This document shows positions 1 through 12,100 of a stretch of DNA of 64,000 nt, piece after piece. The translations under genes and the position numbers were made by a program. A model generated the notes under the pieces. That model was not told the DNA's origin, did not search any database, and saw only the letters and a list, made by a program, of their open reading frames with translations. This stretch comes from Strigamia acuminata (Eukaryota): contig OX442314.1 in assembly GCA_949358305.1 (NCBI GenBank), positions 7,812,001-7,876,000 on the forward strand. Direction: 5' to 3'. The stretch's first letter is position 1. Every line of letters begins with the position of its first letter.

Positions 1-70
1 GAATTGAACAAAAAAATGACTGAAAATGATCAAAATTAAACAAAAAAAGACTGAAAATGAACAGATTTGA

Positions 71-463
71 ATAAAAAACCATCCAAAAACCACCAAAAAA
101 ACGACCAATAATGACCCAAAACATGCTGAAAACGACAAGAAGCGTGCCCGGGTTGAGACAACTGTTGGTGGCATTCGATGCGACACTGCCCCGGTCAATC
201 AGTGCAAGAAACGTAAACATTACCAGCCGCAGCAGCACGAGGCGGCCATGGCCGAGTCGGTACCCAAACACCGTCGACTCGAGCGCGAAGTTCTTTGGAA
301 GCAGCTTGGGGGGTTTCAGGTGCAACTCGTGCAGATGCCGCAGAGACACTTTGAGCTGTTCGAGACTAAGACGTTCGACTCGGGTGGCTTGAACATCCAC
401 AAATTTGGAACCATCGCAAATTTGGAACCATCGCAAATTTGGGATCATTTCTTATTAAAATAA
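71..463 (+). CDS. Possible terminal coding exon of an upstream gene, product unknown
   Basis: GC-richer stretch open in one frame from 71 to TAA at 461-463 (..KKRARVETT..MAESVPKHRRLEREVLWKQ..), followed by AT-rich sequence with AATAAA. No clear acceptor and no recognisable domain. Confidence 0.3.
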   Translation: MKNHPKTTKKTTNNDPKHAENDKKRARVETTVGGIRCDTAPVNQCKKRKHYQPQQHEAAMAESVPKHRRLEREVLWKQLGGFQVQLVQMPQRHFELFETKTFDSGGLNIHKFGTIANLEPSQIWDHFLLK

Positions 464-2537
464 ACTAAATATTTTTAATTCGTCGCAATTTAAAAACGTC
501 GCAATTTTGGGAGCAATTTTAGTGATCGCAAATTTGGCCATGGTAAATGTGGTCCCACACCTTTGAATTCTGGGTTTTGAATAAATGTTTTAATGTAAAG
601 TAAAGTGTTGTTTGAATAAAGTTGTAATGGAAATAGAAATTAAAGGAAAGCGAAGAAAGTTTTATCGTTATTTTTCTGTTTTGTTTGTGTTTCATTTGTG
701 AATGAGGACTGGCGTAAACTGTGTTCAAATGTGTGGTGGGAGAAGTGTGATGAAAGAATTAAATTGTTATGTTTTCTTATTTCTGTGTTTGAGATTAAAA
801 ATATATATCGGGATATCATGTTCTGTTTTAAGATAAAATTTACTACGTGTTTGTTTGATGTTCTTTGACTTATTTAAGACTATTTTTGGCATAAAAATTG
901 ATAAAAAATAAAATATAAATTTTTGCATAAAGTATTTTCATTTGTGTTAGTCTCTTCCTGTGGAATTTAATTTATACAGTTGTGCAATAAAAAATATAAG
1001 AATTATGAAAATTTTTTTAAAGATATTTTTATACTTCAATCAAAATACATTTCAGTTTATGGACTAAGTCAATCCATTTAATCAAAATTAACGGCAAATT
1101 TAGTCGAAAAATGATAGATTATGTCGTTATTAATACATTTTTTCACTAAATTTTATTTAAAAATTCTATTTCGCATGAAATTTTTGATATATTATTTGAT
1201 TTTAATTGAACTAGAATTAGCCATTTTACCGTGTCGCCATCTATCGACAGAATAAAAAGCTCAATAACGAGCTCAAAATTAAAATTTAGTAAACTATAAT
1301 TCACTACAAAACATCGAAAGAAAATATTCTACACTCGTCCGAGACTAAATTGGTCAAAATAAAATAAATAATCATTTTGTGTTTTATTAATTTGGTTTGA
1401 ATTTAACAATATAAAGTGTATTTTCAGAGTGTTTTGTCATTTTTTTTTGTTTTTTGTTTTAAAGTATTGCATTGGTTTAGATTTTTGAGTGCATGAGTGT
1501 CATTTTCAAGTTATTTTCATAGACATTTATTATGTTTGGTGTTTGTTAGATGTTTGATTTGATGATTTGATTTGTGTATGTGTTTTTGATTTTTAAGATT
1601 GTTTTGTGACTATTCAGGGGCAAGTTTACTGACCCTTTGGTCACATGGTAATCGGAATGTGGGGGATTAAATCTCACCCTTTTTACCTCTTTTGTCTATG
1701 AATAATGAGTTAGCAGTAGGTTTTTACAACTCATCTGTATGTACAACCTTGAATCGGTCTGTACGAGGTGGCTTCACTGCGAAGCACCTTGCTTTTGGTT
1801 GCTAGGCAACGGAACGACAAAATGTCTGCTGTTTATTCAGGATAAGATTATTAATTGTATAAATAATTATATTTAAAACAAACAAACAAAATTCTTGAAA
1901 AATAAGACCTAGTTTTAACAGGTCCAGAGATAGACTGTCGAGAGAATGCTAACCCATCATTTTTTGTTCATAAGTTGCTTTGTTTACTTATTTACTTATC
2001 TAGTAACTAATTATTTTAATTTATTTATTTAATTATTTACTTATTCGATTTTTTTACTTTTCAATACCTTTATTTCCACACAGAAAAATTATTTAGGAAA
2101 GTTTGTTTTGTTTACTTACCAAATGTGATTGATGTTCGTCAAAACTTCTAATCTACTGCATCAAATGATCCCAGGATATCTGATGATACTTAATTAGACT
2201 ATTAGTTGTTATAAATACATTCATTATTAATTAAAACACTGAAAACTTACACTAGTGCACCGATGGTTTTGCCGCTACCGTAGCTTGTTCCGTTCGCGCC
2301 TTGTTCGCTCGTTCGCGCCTTTATTGCATCCTCTGTGTGACGTCATGCGCGCATAATGGCGAAACTGGTCTTTCGACGCGCACCGCCTATTGGTCGTAAA
2401 TTGGATGTAATGTTTGGCCATAGATGGCTGTGCTCGGAAGAATGTTGTGCTACGCATTGTTTTTGAAGTTGTTAGAGTGAGTTTTGTTGTGGGATCGCTA
2501 TAGTTCTCGTATCACAGATAATCTGTGCCCGTAAAAC

Positions 2538-3377
2538 ATGCAGATGAATCAGGTACGGTGTTCATGTTTTTGGCTGAAATGCTCGAAAAATTGAATTTTT
2601 GCTAAAATTTATCGAAATAAATGAGAAATTTGACGAATTAATCGAAATAAATGAGAAAATTGACGAAATTAATCGAAATAAATGAGAAAATTGACGAAAT
2701 TAATCGAAATAAATGAGAAAATTGACGAAATTAATCGAAATAAATGAGAAAATTGACGAAATTAATCGAAATAAATGAGAAAATTGACGAAATTAATCGC
2801 AAAAAAAGAGAAATTTATCGCAAAAAAATGAGAAATTTATCGAAATTTCTCAATTATTTTATTTCCCATGAAAAAAAAATGTGTAGAACGGATCCGGTCG
2901 CAGCGGACAGCGCGGCAGCCGCGGCGGCAACAACGGCCAAAACTTCGGCTGGGCTCAATCGTTCAACTGCAGCGACGACGGCACCCAGCAACAATTCGGT
3001 AAAACAAAACCCCGAATAAACCCGAATAAACCTCTCATCCCGCAATCATTGCAGCCTACAGCGGCAGCCAGGGCTACGGTAATTTCCAATCGCAATCGCA
3101 GTCCAGCAGTTCCAGCCAAGGAGGGGTCAACAACCAACCGTCGTGGCAGAGCCAACAATCCTTCTTCGATCCAAGCTCGGGCGGATTCATGTTCCAGAGC
3201 AACAGTTCCACCACCGACCAATCGTCGCAGCAGAGCCAAACATCCTACTACGATCCTGTGTCCGGCGAATACGTCGTGCAGACCAGCACTTCCAGCGGCC
3301 AGCCGGGCAACACCAACCAGTCGTCGCAGCAGCAACAAACCTACTTCGGTGGACACGGGCACAGATTAGGGCGCTAG
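2538..3377 (+). CDS. Small (~149 aa) low-complexity Q/S/G/N/aromatic protein with C-terminal SHP-box-like motif; exons 2538-2552, 2887-2998, 3055-3377
   Basis: GT-AG introns join in frame: MQMNQ|NGSGRSGQRGSRGGNNGQNFGWAQSFNCSDDGTQQQF|AYSGSQGYGNFQSQ...QQQQTYFGGHGHRLGR*. GC-rich exons, AAAC ATG context, AATAAA near 3580. Confidence 0.75.
2605..2800. repeat. 31-bp intronic tandem repeat (AAATTAATCGAAATAAATGAGAAAATTGACG)
   Basis: About 6 copies read directly in intron 1 of the small gene. Confidence 0.9.
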
Positions 3378-3774
3378 TTTGAATCATACGGTCGACGGCA
3401 GCCAACAAAAATCAAATTTAATCTTTTATTATTTGTTTTATTTTGTTCTTATTCCATTTAATTTGTCAATTTTTGTTTTGTTTGGATTTTCTGAGATTTT
3501 TGTTGCGTTTTTGTTCGATTTTCTGCGATTTTTGTTGTTTTGGTTCGATTTTCTGTGATTTTTGTTTATTTTTTGTTCGAATAAAGAAAAATAATTATTT
3601 ACTTCAGTAAAAGGAGTTTAATCGATTTAAAAAATTTTCGAAAATAATTTTTTTTATAAGGTTAAGAATTAAAAATTAAAAATTATTTTAAAGGATTTGC
3701 TGTCTGTCTATATATATTTTTTTTTGATTTTTTCTTTTTTTTTGTATAAAAATAATTAATTTAAGGGGAAAATA

Positions 3775-6700
3775 TCATTTCGTTTGAGGCATCTCATTGG
3801 CTAGGACGTGGAATGCCGCACCAAGGGCCCAACTCAATTCGTGGCCGTTGATTTTCTTTCTGAGCTGAAATGGAAATATTTGAGAATTAGAAAGTTTAAT
3901 TTTAGGAGTTGAAAATGTCGTACTATGATTTTTTTGTGATTGTTTAAACCTAATCCTTGGTTAAGTAACGAAGTGATGAAGGTTAAATCGAGACATGCGA
4001 AGGGTTGTTCAACGTTAGCGTGTTTGCATGCGGATTTAGCTGCGTTGAAGTAATTCTCCACTGTTACTTCACCGCCGGTGAATGGATCTACGTGAAGACA
4101 AAATTTACGGAGTGAAATAAAGTTTGAGTTTTATGTCATTTTATGATTATTTTATAAATATTTTCAACAAATTTGAGAAAATTCGACAGATTTCCGCCAA
4201 TTTTTAAGAAATTTCGACAAATTTCCAACAAGTCTTAAGAAATTACGACAAATTTCCGCCAATTTTTAAGAAATTACGACAAATTTCTGCCAATTCCATC
4301 AGATTTCCGACAAATTTCATCAGATTTCCGACAAATTTCATCAGATTTCCAACAAATTTCATCAGATTTCCGACAAATTTCATCAGATTTCCGAAAAATT
4401 TCATCAGATTTCCGACAAATTTAATCAAATTTTATCAAATTTTATCAAATTTAATCAAATTTCATCAAATTTAATCAAATTTCATCAAATTTCATCAAAT
4501 TTCATCAAATTTAATGAAATTTCGGACAAATTTCATCAAATTTAATCAAATTTTATCAAATTTAATCAAATTTCATCAAATTTAATGAAATTTCGGACAA
4601 ATTTCATCAAATTTAATCAAATTTCAGACAAATTTCATCAAATTTCCGACAAATTTCATCAAATTTCCGACAAATTTCATCAAATTTCCGACAAATTTCA
4701 TCAAATTTCCGACAAATTTCATCAAATTTCCGACAAATTTCATCAAATTTCCGACAAATTTCATCAAATTTCCGACAAATTTCATCAAATTTCCGACAAA
4801 TTTCATCAAATTTCCGACAAATTTCATCAAATTTCCGACAAATTTCATCAAATTTCCGACAAATTTCATCAAATTTCCGACAAATTTCATCAAATTTCCG
4901 ACAAATTTCATCAAATTTCATCAAATTTAATCAAATTTCAGACAAATTTCATCAAATTTCCGACAAATTTCAAAACAAAATTATTAAAAAAAATTATTTT
5001 CATTGGTTTTACGTATTCGTATTAATATTATTACCAATTAATCCACTTTCCGTAGCTCTGTCAAAGTAATACGACATTGCATATATATTCATTACTTGCA
5101 ACTCAGTCGGTGCATACACTTTAGCGTTAACCACTTCGTTTGCAATTTTTAAGCACTGATCGAAGCGCGCCACGGGACCCTTATTCGACGGCGCCGAATT
5201 CTTTACGGGTGGCATTTCGCGAATTATTTTCCCACTGCAAAAAATTCAACTTTTTTTAAAAAATAAATTGCAAAATCAAATCCAACGCCGTCCATACCTG
5301 ACTATGTACTCCTTGTTTGCGTATAACCACTTTTTCTTTACTATTGGATGGACACAAGGATTGACAAAATGAAAACTATCTGCATTTTTAGTGCTATTTC
5401 CAGCGTATAAAATTTCAAGCCGGGCGGCCATTAAACCCAGACCTAAGTAACTAAAAATTAAAATAATAAGTAATTAGGATTTTTGACCAATTTGTATATT
5501 TTAAATTACTGTATTTTAAATCAGTGTACATTTGATCATCAAAAAATGTATTTGATCATCAAAAAATGTATTTGATCATCAAAAAATGTATTTGATCATC
5601 AAAAAATGCATTTGATCATCAAAAAATGCATTTGATCATCAAAAAATGCATTTGATCATCAAAAAATGCATTAAATCATCAAAAAATGCATTTGATCATC
5701 AAAAAATGTATTTTTATGCAAAAATTAGACTTTTTCGACAATAAAATGCATCTCAATGCATAGAAATCTCATTTTTAGACGCATAAATGCAATTTTTAAA
5801 TGCGTAAATGCATTAAAATGCAGAAATTAGACGTTTTAAACAATAAAATGAACTCTGCTGCACAAAAACATGTTTATAGATGCATAAATGCAATTTTTTC
5901 GTGAATATCAATTTTTGCAGCAAACATTTATCTGACATTGCAAAAAAATGCAAAAAAATGTTGTTTGGGTTGTGTTTCGGCTCTGTACCTTTGAATGTAT
6001 AAATTTAAGGGACGACCAAAGACTACGACACTATAAATATCCGTGGATGCCGCGGAAAGAGTCTCTTTATTAGCTACTAAGGTCACTTGAGTCGAACCCC
6101 CGCCTAAATCCAACGAGGCCATCATCTTGTTATTACTCTCCGATAACGTATCTAAAAACAAACGGTATAAGTAAATAGAATTTTATAAAATAATTTTTTT
6201 AAAAATGTTGAGTTTTCATACCTAACAGGAAATTGACGCTAAACCACGAGTACAATCCTTCGTCTTTTCCGTCCATAATGGACACGGAATCCTCAGCCAC
6301 TTTAAATGGGTAATCTAAAAATAATTTTCTAACCTAAAAACAAACAAAATCCAATGTTTATTTGTTTAATTGATGGTAAAGCTCCGAATTATGGCCGGGT
6401 CTGAACCGGTTTAAACACTCGAACAAATTAAGCGCCCGGGTTCACAAAATCTGTTTTTGTTGTAAAAAATCAATTTTGTTGTAAAAAATCAGATTTTGTT
6501 GTGAAAAATCTGATTTTGTTGTGAAAAATCTGATTTTGTTGTGAAAAATCTGATTTTGTTGTGAAAAATCTGATTTTGTTGTGAAAAATCTGATTTTGTT
6601 GTGAATAATCGGATTTCGTTGTGAATAATCGGATTTCGTTGAGAAAAATCTGATTTTGTTGTGAAAAATCTGATTTTGTTGTGAAAAATCGGATTTTGTT

Positions 6701-7872
6701 GTGAAAAATCGGATTTTGTTGTGAAAAATCGGATTTTGTTGTGAAAAATCGGATTTTGTTGTGAAAAATCGGATTTTGTTGTGAAAAATCGGATTTTGTT
6801 GTGAAAAATCAGATTTTGTTGTGAAAAATCAGATTTTGCTGTGAAAAATCAGATTTTGTTGTGAAAAATCAGATTTTGTTGTGAAAAAAATCTGTGATTT
6901 TAAAAACCGACCGATTCAAATAACCACCGGTCATAAATAGGCGCCTGGGTTCAAATAAACGCCTGGGTGTTTTTGATTAAACTGCGGTATTTAATTTAAA
7001 AAAAAAAAAAAAATATTAAGACATAAAAACCACCTGGGCTAAAATGGCTTCCGCTTTCGTCCCGGGCAATAACCTCAGTCCCGCAGTCGCCTTTAAAACG
7101 ATGGGCGTGTGTTTCCACGCTACCCGAGGAATCAGTTCCTTCGCCTTATCCAAAAGCGGCTCTAAACTATTCGCCGCCTAAAAATCGAACCAAATAAATA
7201 AAAAAAATGACCTAAAAACAAACAACTTATGTAATTATTTCACCTTATCTGGAGCATCAGCATACGCTGACAGCCCTGGTTTAATTTCCTCAAAATATTC
7301 CTTCAATAACTTCAAACTCCCATCTAAAAAAAAAAATTAATTAATAAATGAATAAAAATAATTTTTAAATTTTTTTTTTTAAATTTTACCGACTAAAACA
7401 CGATGAAACGTAAAAACAAGTATGCGCGAGCCTGTACTTCCGGCGTCAAACATAATGGCGTACTCCTGCGACTGGAAACCGAGCGCCGCGCTTATATGAT
7501 CCTCGAAACCCGTCGCGTGGTAATGCGGTTTCAACGGATAGTGTCCGAAAACCAACTTGTACGCCACAATCGCTCCGATCACGATGCTAAAACCAACCAA
7601 ACATTTCTTGAGCGAAAAACCGCGAATTACACTCTCCATTTTCATAGGTTTCGATTTCGTCTCGCGGCCATTTGACATCTGAAACAAAACAAATCAAAAA
7701 TTAAACAAAAAACGAAACACATTCAATTCACAAACCACCTGTGCAAAATCTGCACTTTTATTTCCTCGTTTTTCATCAGAAAAATCAATTTTTCTGGTTT
7801 TTTTTATTTATTTATTTATTTTTTTAGGGTTACCTGAATTTGTTTGGTTCTTTGCCTAATTTCTGCGGACAT
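3775..7872 (-). CDS. GDA1/CD39-family nucleoside diphosphatase, ENTPD5/6-like (~477 aa); exons 7872-7834, 7678-7390, 7323-7244, 7177-7034, 6333-6222, 6151-5989, 5450-5298, 5234-5035, 4087-3924, 3864-3775
   Basis: All five apyrase conserved regions after splicing: [49 protein letters not shown]; also [11 protein letters not shown]. Single N-terminal TM segment. Exon phases consistent (1434 nt). Confidence 0.93.
4175..4970. repeat. 21-bp (and 10-bp) intronic satellite (AAATTTCATCAAATTTCCGAC)
   Basis: Direct tandem copies; they produce the repetitive ORFs at 4243-5025. Confidence 0.95.
5530..5712. repeat. 20-bp intronic satellite (TTTGATCATCAAAAAATGYA)
   Basis: About 9 tandem copies. Confidence 0.95.
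6455..6890. repeat. 20-bp intronic satellite (GTGAAAAATCGGATTTTGTT)
   Basis: About 21 copies, with variants (TCT/TCG/TCA) in contiguous blocks. Confidence 0.95.
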
Positions 7873-9103
7873 CCTGGCAAGAGTTGTTGGCGCGGTAGGA
7901 ATTTAGTGTTTTTTGCCCTGTCTTGTTGGTAGGGGCATGCTCACTGCGAGATAAGATAAAAGAATGTTTTTTCAAGTATTTTTGCAATTACTGATTGTGT
8001 TGATTACACTTCCGTCAGCATTCTTGCTCGGCCCGGCTTGCATTGCCCATACAACGAACAATTGAAATGTTAAACGTACATGGATAGTGTGCTGATGCCA
8101 ACGTAGCGCTTTTGGAATATGTAGATCTAGCGGCGAAATTTGCAATTAGAGGGCGAGACGTCTGACGGCGAGATTTGGAGTTGTTGAATGATAAAAATCT
8201 AAAAATCGATTTAAAATTTATCTGTTTTTGTGAAAACAATGAGGAATTGTTTGGAGTTTTATTGTTAGAATTGTTTTTTTTTTATCTGTTAATAATAAAG
8301 AAAGATTGTGTACGTTTTTGTGTTTGGTTTGTTCGGTTGTTGTCGAACAAAATAAAAGGTGGAGCGTTGTTATTGTTGTTTAGAACTTTTATTTTATTTC
8401 TTTATGTGGTTTAATGATTTAAAAATTAAGAGAGTAGCCGATTTGTTTTTCTTTTATTTTTCAATTTGTTTTTGTTCGTATTTTTTTAAACTTAAATTCC
8501 GCAAATTCCGGTAAATCCGACTCCACCTTTTCCGAATTTCCCCCACGACATCCGACTTCCGCGAGGTAAGATTTTAATTTATATTTAACGTTTTCGTTGA
8601 AATAAAATTTTATAACATTTAAAAAATTATTTCAGGATTCTAAATGGCACGATGCCGCTCGATCGTGATCTATTTAACCGATCCAAAAAAAGAATAACCT
8701 ACAAATATCTTCCAGGTTATATAAATCGAAACTTAACCGACATAGACACTGCGCACGCGTCGTCCTCTAGACAGACTCTTGCGCCAGAGTTCACTCCTGG
8801 ATTTACCCGTCGTATAGTGAAAATGAAACAGGTCGGCTCCGTCCAAGGTTAACGAACAAATTGATGTTTATAGCTCGAACGAGATGGCAATTTAATACGA
8901 GAAGTGGATCTATATTATCAGAAAACGGTTTGCCAATTGCAATTAGTACTTTAGTAGCGATTTGAAAAAATTCGTTTTCCTAAAAAATTGCTCGTTTTAC
9001 GTAATAATCGACAACTTATCGTTAAACTAACTTTCGTTTCGTCTCCTTTTCGTTTCAGAAGCGCAGAAATTGCATTAGATCGAATTAAATCGATCGTTTT
9101 ATC
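7873..9103. promoter_or_regulatory. Divergent promoter and 5' UTR region shared by the NTPDase (-) and PC (+)
   Basis: Head-to-head ATGs 1.2 kb apart. Likely PC 5' UTR intron signals: GAG|GTAAGA at 8566 and TTTCAG at 9058. TSS positions are not determinable. Confidence 0.45.
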
Positions 9104-12100
9104 ATGTTCGGACCTCATTTCAAGACGTTTCAAAAATGCTTCCAGTCGAGAGTGACCAATTTTCGGTTCCAATCGACGAAAACCGTCGAATACAAACCGA
9201 TAAAAAAGGTCTTGGTTGCCAACAGAGGTGGAATAAATTACCAAATCCGAAAAATCCAAAAAAAAATCGAAAAAATTCGAAAAAATTCGAAAAAATTCGA
9301 AAAAATTCGAAAAATCATATTTTTAGGATGTTTTTTGAAATTTTTTTTATATTTTTTTATATTTTTTGATATTTTTTGGATTTTCTTGGATTTTATTTTG
9401 ATTTTTTTTGATTTTTTTTGGATTTTTGAAAATTTATTGTGAATTTTTGTAGGAGAAATTGCGATTCGCGTGTTCCGAGCGTGCACGGAGTTGGGAATCC
9501 GTTCGGTGGCGATTTACTCGGAGCAGGACAAAATGCACATGCACCGGCAGAAAGCGGACGAATCTTACCTCGTGGGAAAGGGTCTTCCACCTGTCCAAGC
9601 TTATTTGAATATACCTGATATAATTCGCATAGCGAAGGTGCATCTTGGTTGAAATTATGAAATTTTTAAAATAGGATTTTGAAATTTTGTGGTTTTTTTA
9701 AGATGTGGCGCTCGGTATTGTTGGTTATTTATATTTATAATGTTGTTTTGGCATTGGGGGAAACCGAAGTTTAATCTGTGGTTGATGTTTGTGTCGGTTG
9801 TTTTTGTTTAAAAAAGAAATTTTTGCATTTTCGGAAATTTACGTGTATAAAAAAGGGATTTTTAAATTTATTCACTACTTTCAAGCATTTTTCATGATTT
9901 TTGATTTTTTTTTGATTTTTTTTCACGGATTTTGATGTTTTTATTATATTTTTCATCAATTTTGATGTTTTTATTATATTTTTCATCAATTTTGATGTTT
10001 TTATTATATTTTTCATCAATTTTGATGTTTTTATTATGTTTTAAAATTAATTTTGGCACTTTTATAGTTTATTTTTATTAATTTTGGCACTTTTATAGTT
10101 TCTTTTTATTAATTTTGGCACTTTTATAGTTTATTTTTATTAATTTTGGCACTTTTATAGTTTATTTTTATTAATTTTGGCACTTTTATAGTTTATTTTC
10201 ATTAATTTTGGCATTTTTATCATTTTATTTGATCAATTTTTATATTTTTCTTATTCTCTTATCAGTTTTGATATTTTTCTTATTTTTTAAAAACAATTTT
10301 GAAATTTATCTTTTTTTTAAAAACAATTTTAATACTTTTATAATTTTTAAAAAAACAATTTTGACACTTTTTGATGCTTTTATAATTTTAAAAAAACAAT
10401 TTTGACACTTTTTGATGCTTTTATAATTTTTAAAAAACAATTTTGACACTTTTTGATGCTTTTATAATTTTTAAAAAACAATTTTGACACTTTTTGATGC
10501 TTTTATAATTTTTAAAAAACAATTTTGACACTTTTTGATGCTTTTATAATTTTTAAAAAACAATTTTGACACTTTTTGATGCTTTTATAATTTTTTAAAA
10601 AACAATTTTGACACTTATTGATAATTTTTATCATTTTTTTATTATCAATTTCCACATTTTTCTTTTCATTTCATTAATTTTGACACTTTTTTAAATTTAT
10701 CTCTCATCCATTCACAGGAAACCGAAACAGATGCCATCCACCCCGGCTACGGATTCCTCTCCGAACAAGGCGACTTCGCCCAAGCCTGCATCGACGCCGG
10801 AATCCGTTTCATCGGCCCTTCGCCCTCCGTAATGCGCCAAATGGGCGACAAAGTCGCATCCAAGGAAGCCGCCACCAGAGCCGGTAAAACAAATCCTCAA
10901 TTTAAATCCTAAATCCTTAATTTACCCAATTAAAAAATTTTTTTTTCCACCAAGGCGTCCTAACCATCCCCGGCTCCCCGGGCCCCGTCACCGACGCCAA
11001 AAAAGCCGTCGAATTCGTCACCAAACACGGCGCGCCCGTCATCTTCAAAGCCGCGTTTGGCGGCGGCGGTCGCGGCATGCGAGTGGTCCACAAACTCGAG
11101 GAAGTCGAAGAAATGTTCAAACGCGCCAGTTCCGAGGCCCTGGCCGCGTTCGGCAACGGCTCCATGTTCATCGAAAAGTTCATCCAGCGGCCCCGACACA
11201 TCGAAGTTCAATTATTGGGTCTTTTATTGAATAAAATGGCGGTTGGGTCGGGATTGATGGGTTTTTTTTGGGTGTTTTGCAGGCGATAAGGCGGGGAATG
11301 TGGTGCATTTGTTCGAGCGGGATTGTTCGGTGCAGAGACGACATCAGAAGGTGGTTGAGATTTCGCCGGCGCCGAATTTGACGCCCAAGTTGCGGGAGGC
11401 GATGACGAGTAGAGCGGTGGAGTTGGCGAAAAGCGTCGGATACGAGAATGCGGGCACGTGCGAGTTTTTGCTGGATGAGAAGGGAGAGTTTTTCTTTATT
11501 GAAGTGAATGCGCGGCTGCAGGTCGAGCATACGATCACGGAGGAAGTCACTGGGTAAATTTTGAACGGGGAAATAGGTGCGTTCGATATAAAATGGATTT
11601 CCAAAATGGTGATTTTCTTGATTTTCTGAAATCGAGGAAATCGGATTTCAACTTTGAACGGTCTTAATTTTTTTTGGAAATCCAACTGTTGCGCATGCGC
11701 AATTTGACTTCCTGTTTGAAATTTAAAAACTTTTGGCCACGTTTGATAACTCAAAAGCGGCCGAAATATCACGATTTTTCCAATTGCAATTATTAAATTG
11801 GAAACAAAAATAACTGCTCTGATCGCTCTGTGTATGATTCAAGATGGCTGAAAATCAACTTGGAAATCAAGTAAATCAAGGAAAGTGACCCTACACGTCG
11901 CTTTTGCGAAATCCGAAAGCAGCGAAATCAGCGAAATTCATTTTATATTGAACGCGCCTAATGTTTATTTATTTTTGATTTTGATTTATTTTGATTTTGT
12001 TTTGATTTATGTTTGTTTTGTTTTGAATTTTTTTTTTTTTTAAGTTTATGGTATGTTTAATTTTTTTGGATTTTGATTTAATTTCTTTGGATTTTAATGA

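Noticed and set aside
800..2500. RNA genes or coding exons in the intergenic stretch
   Set aside because: No tRNA/snRNA/rRNA signature or convincing ORF recognised by eye; a covariance-model search was not possible.
6385..6990. Possible MITE around the 20-bp satellite in the NTPDase intron
   Set aside because: Only one plausible terminus (..CTGCGGTA); no matching TIR or TSD found.
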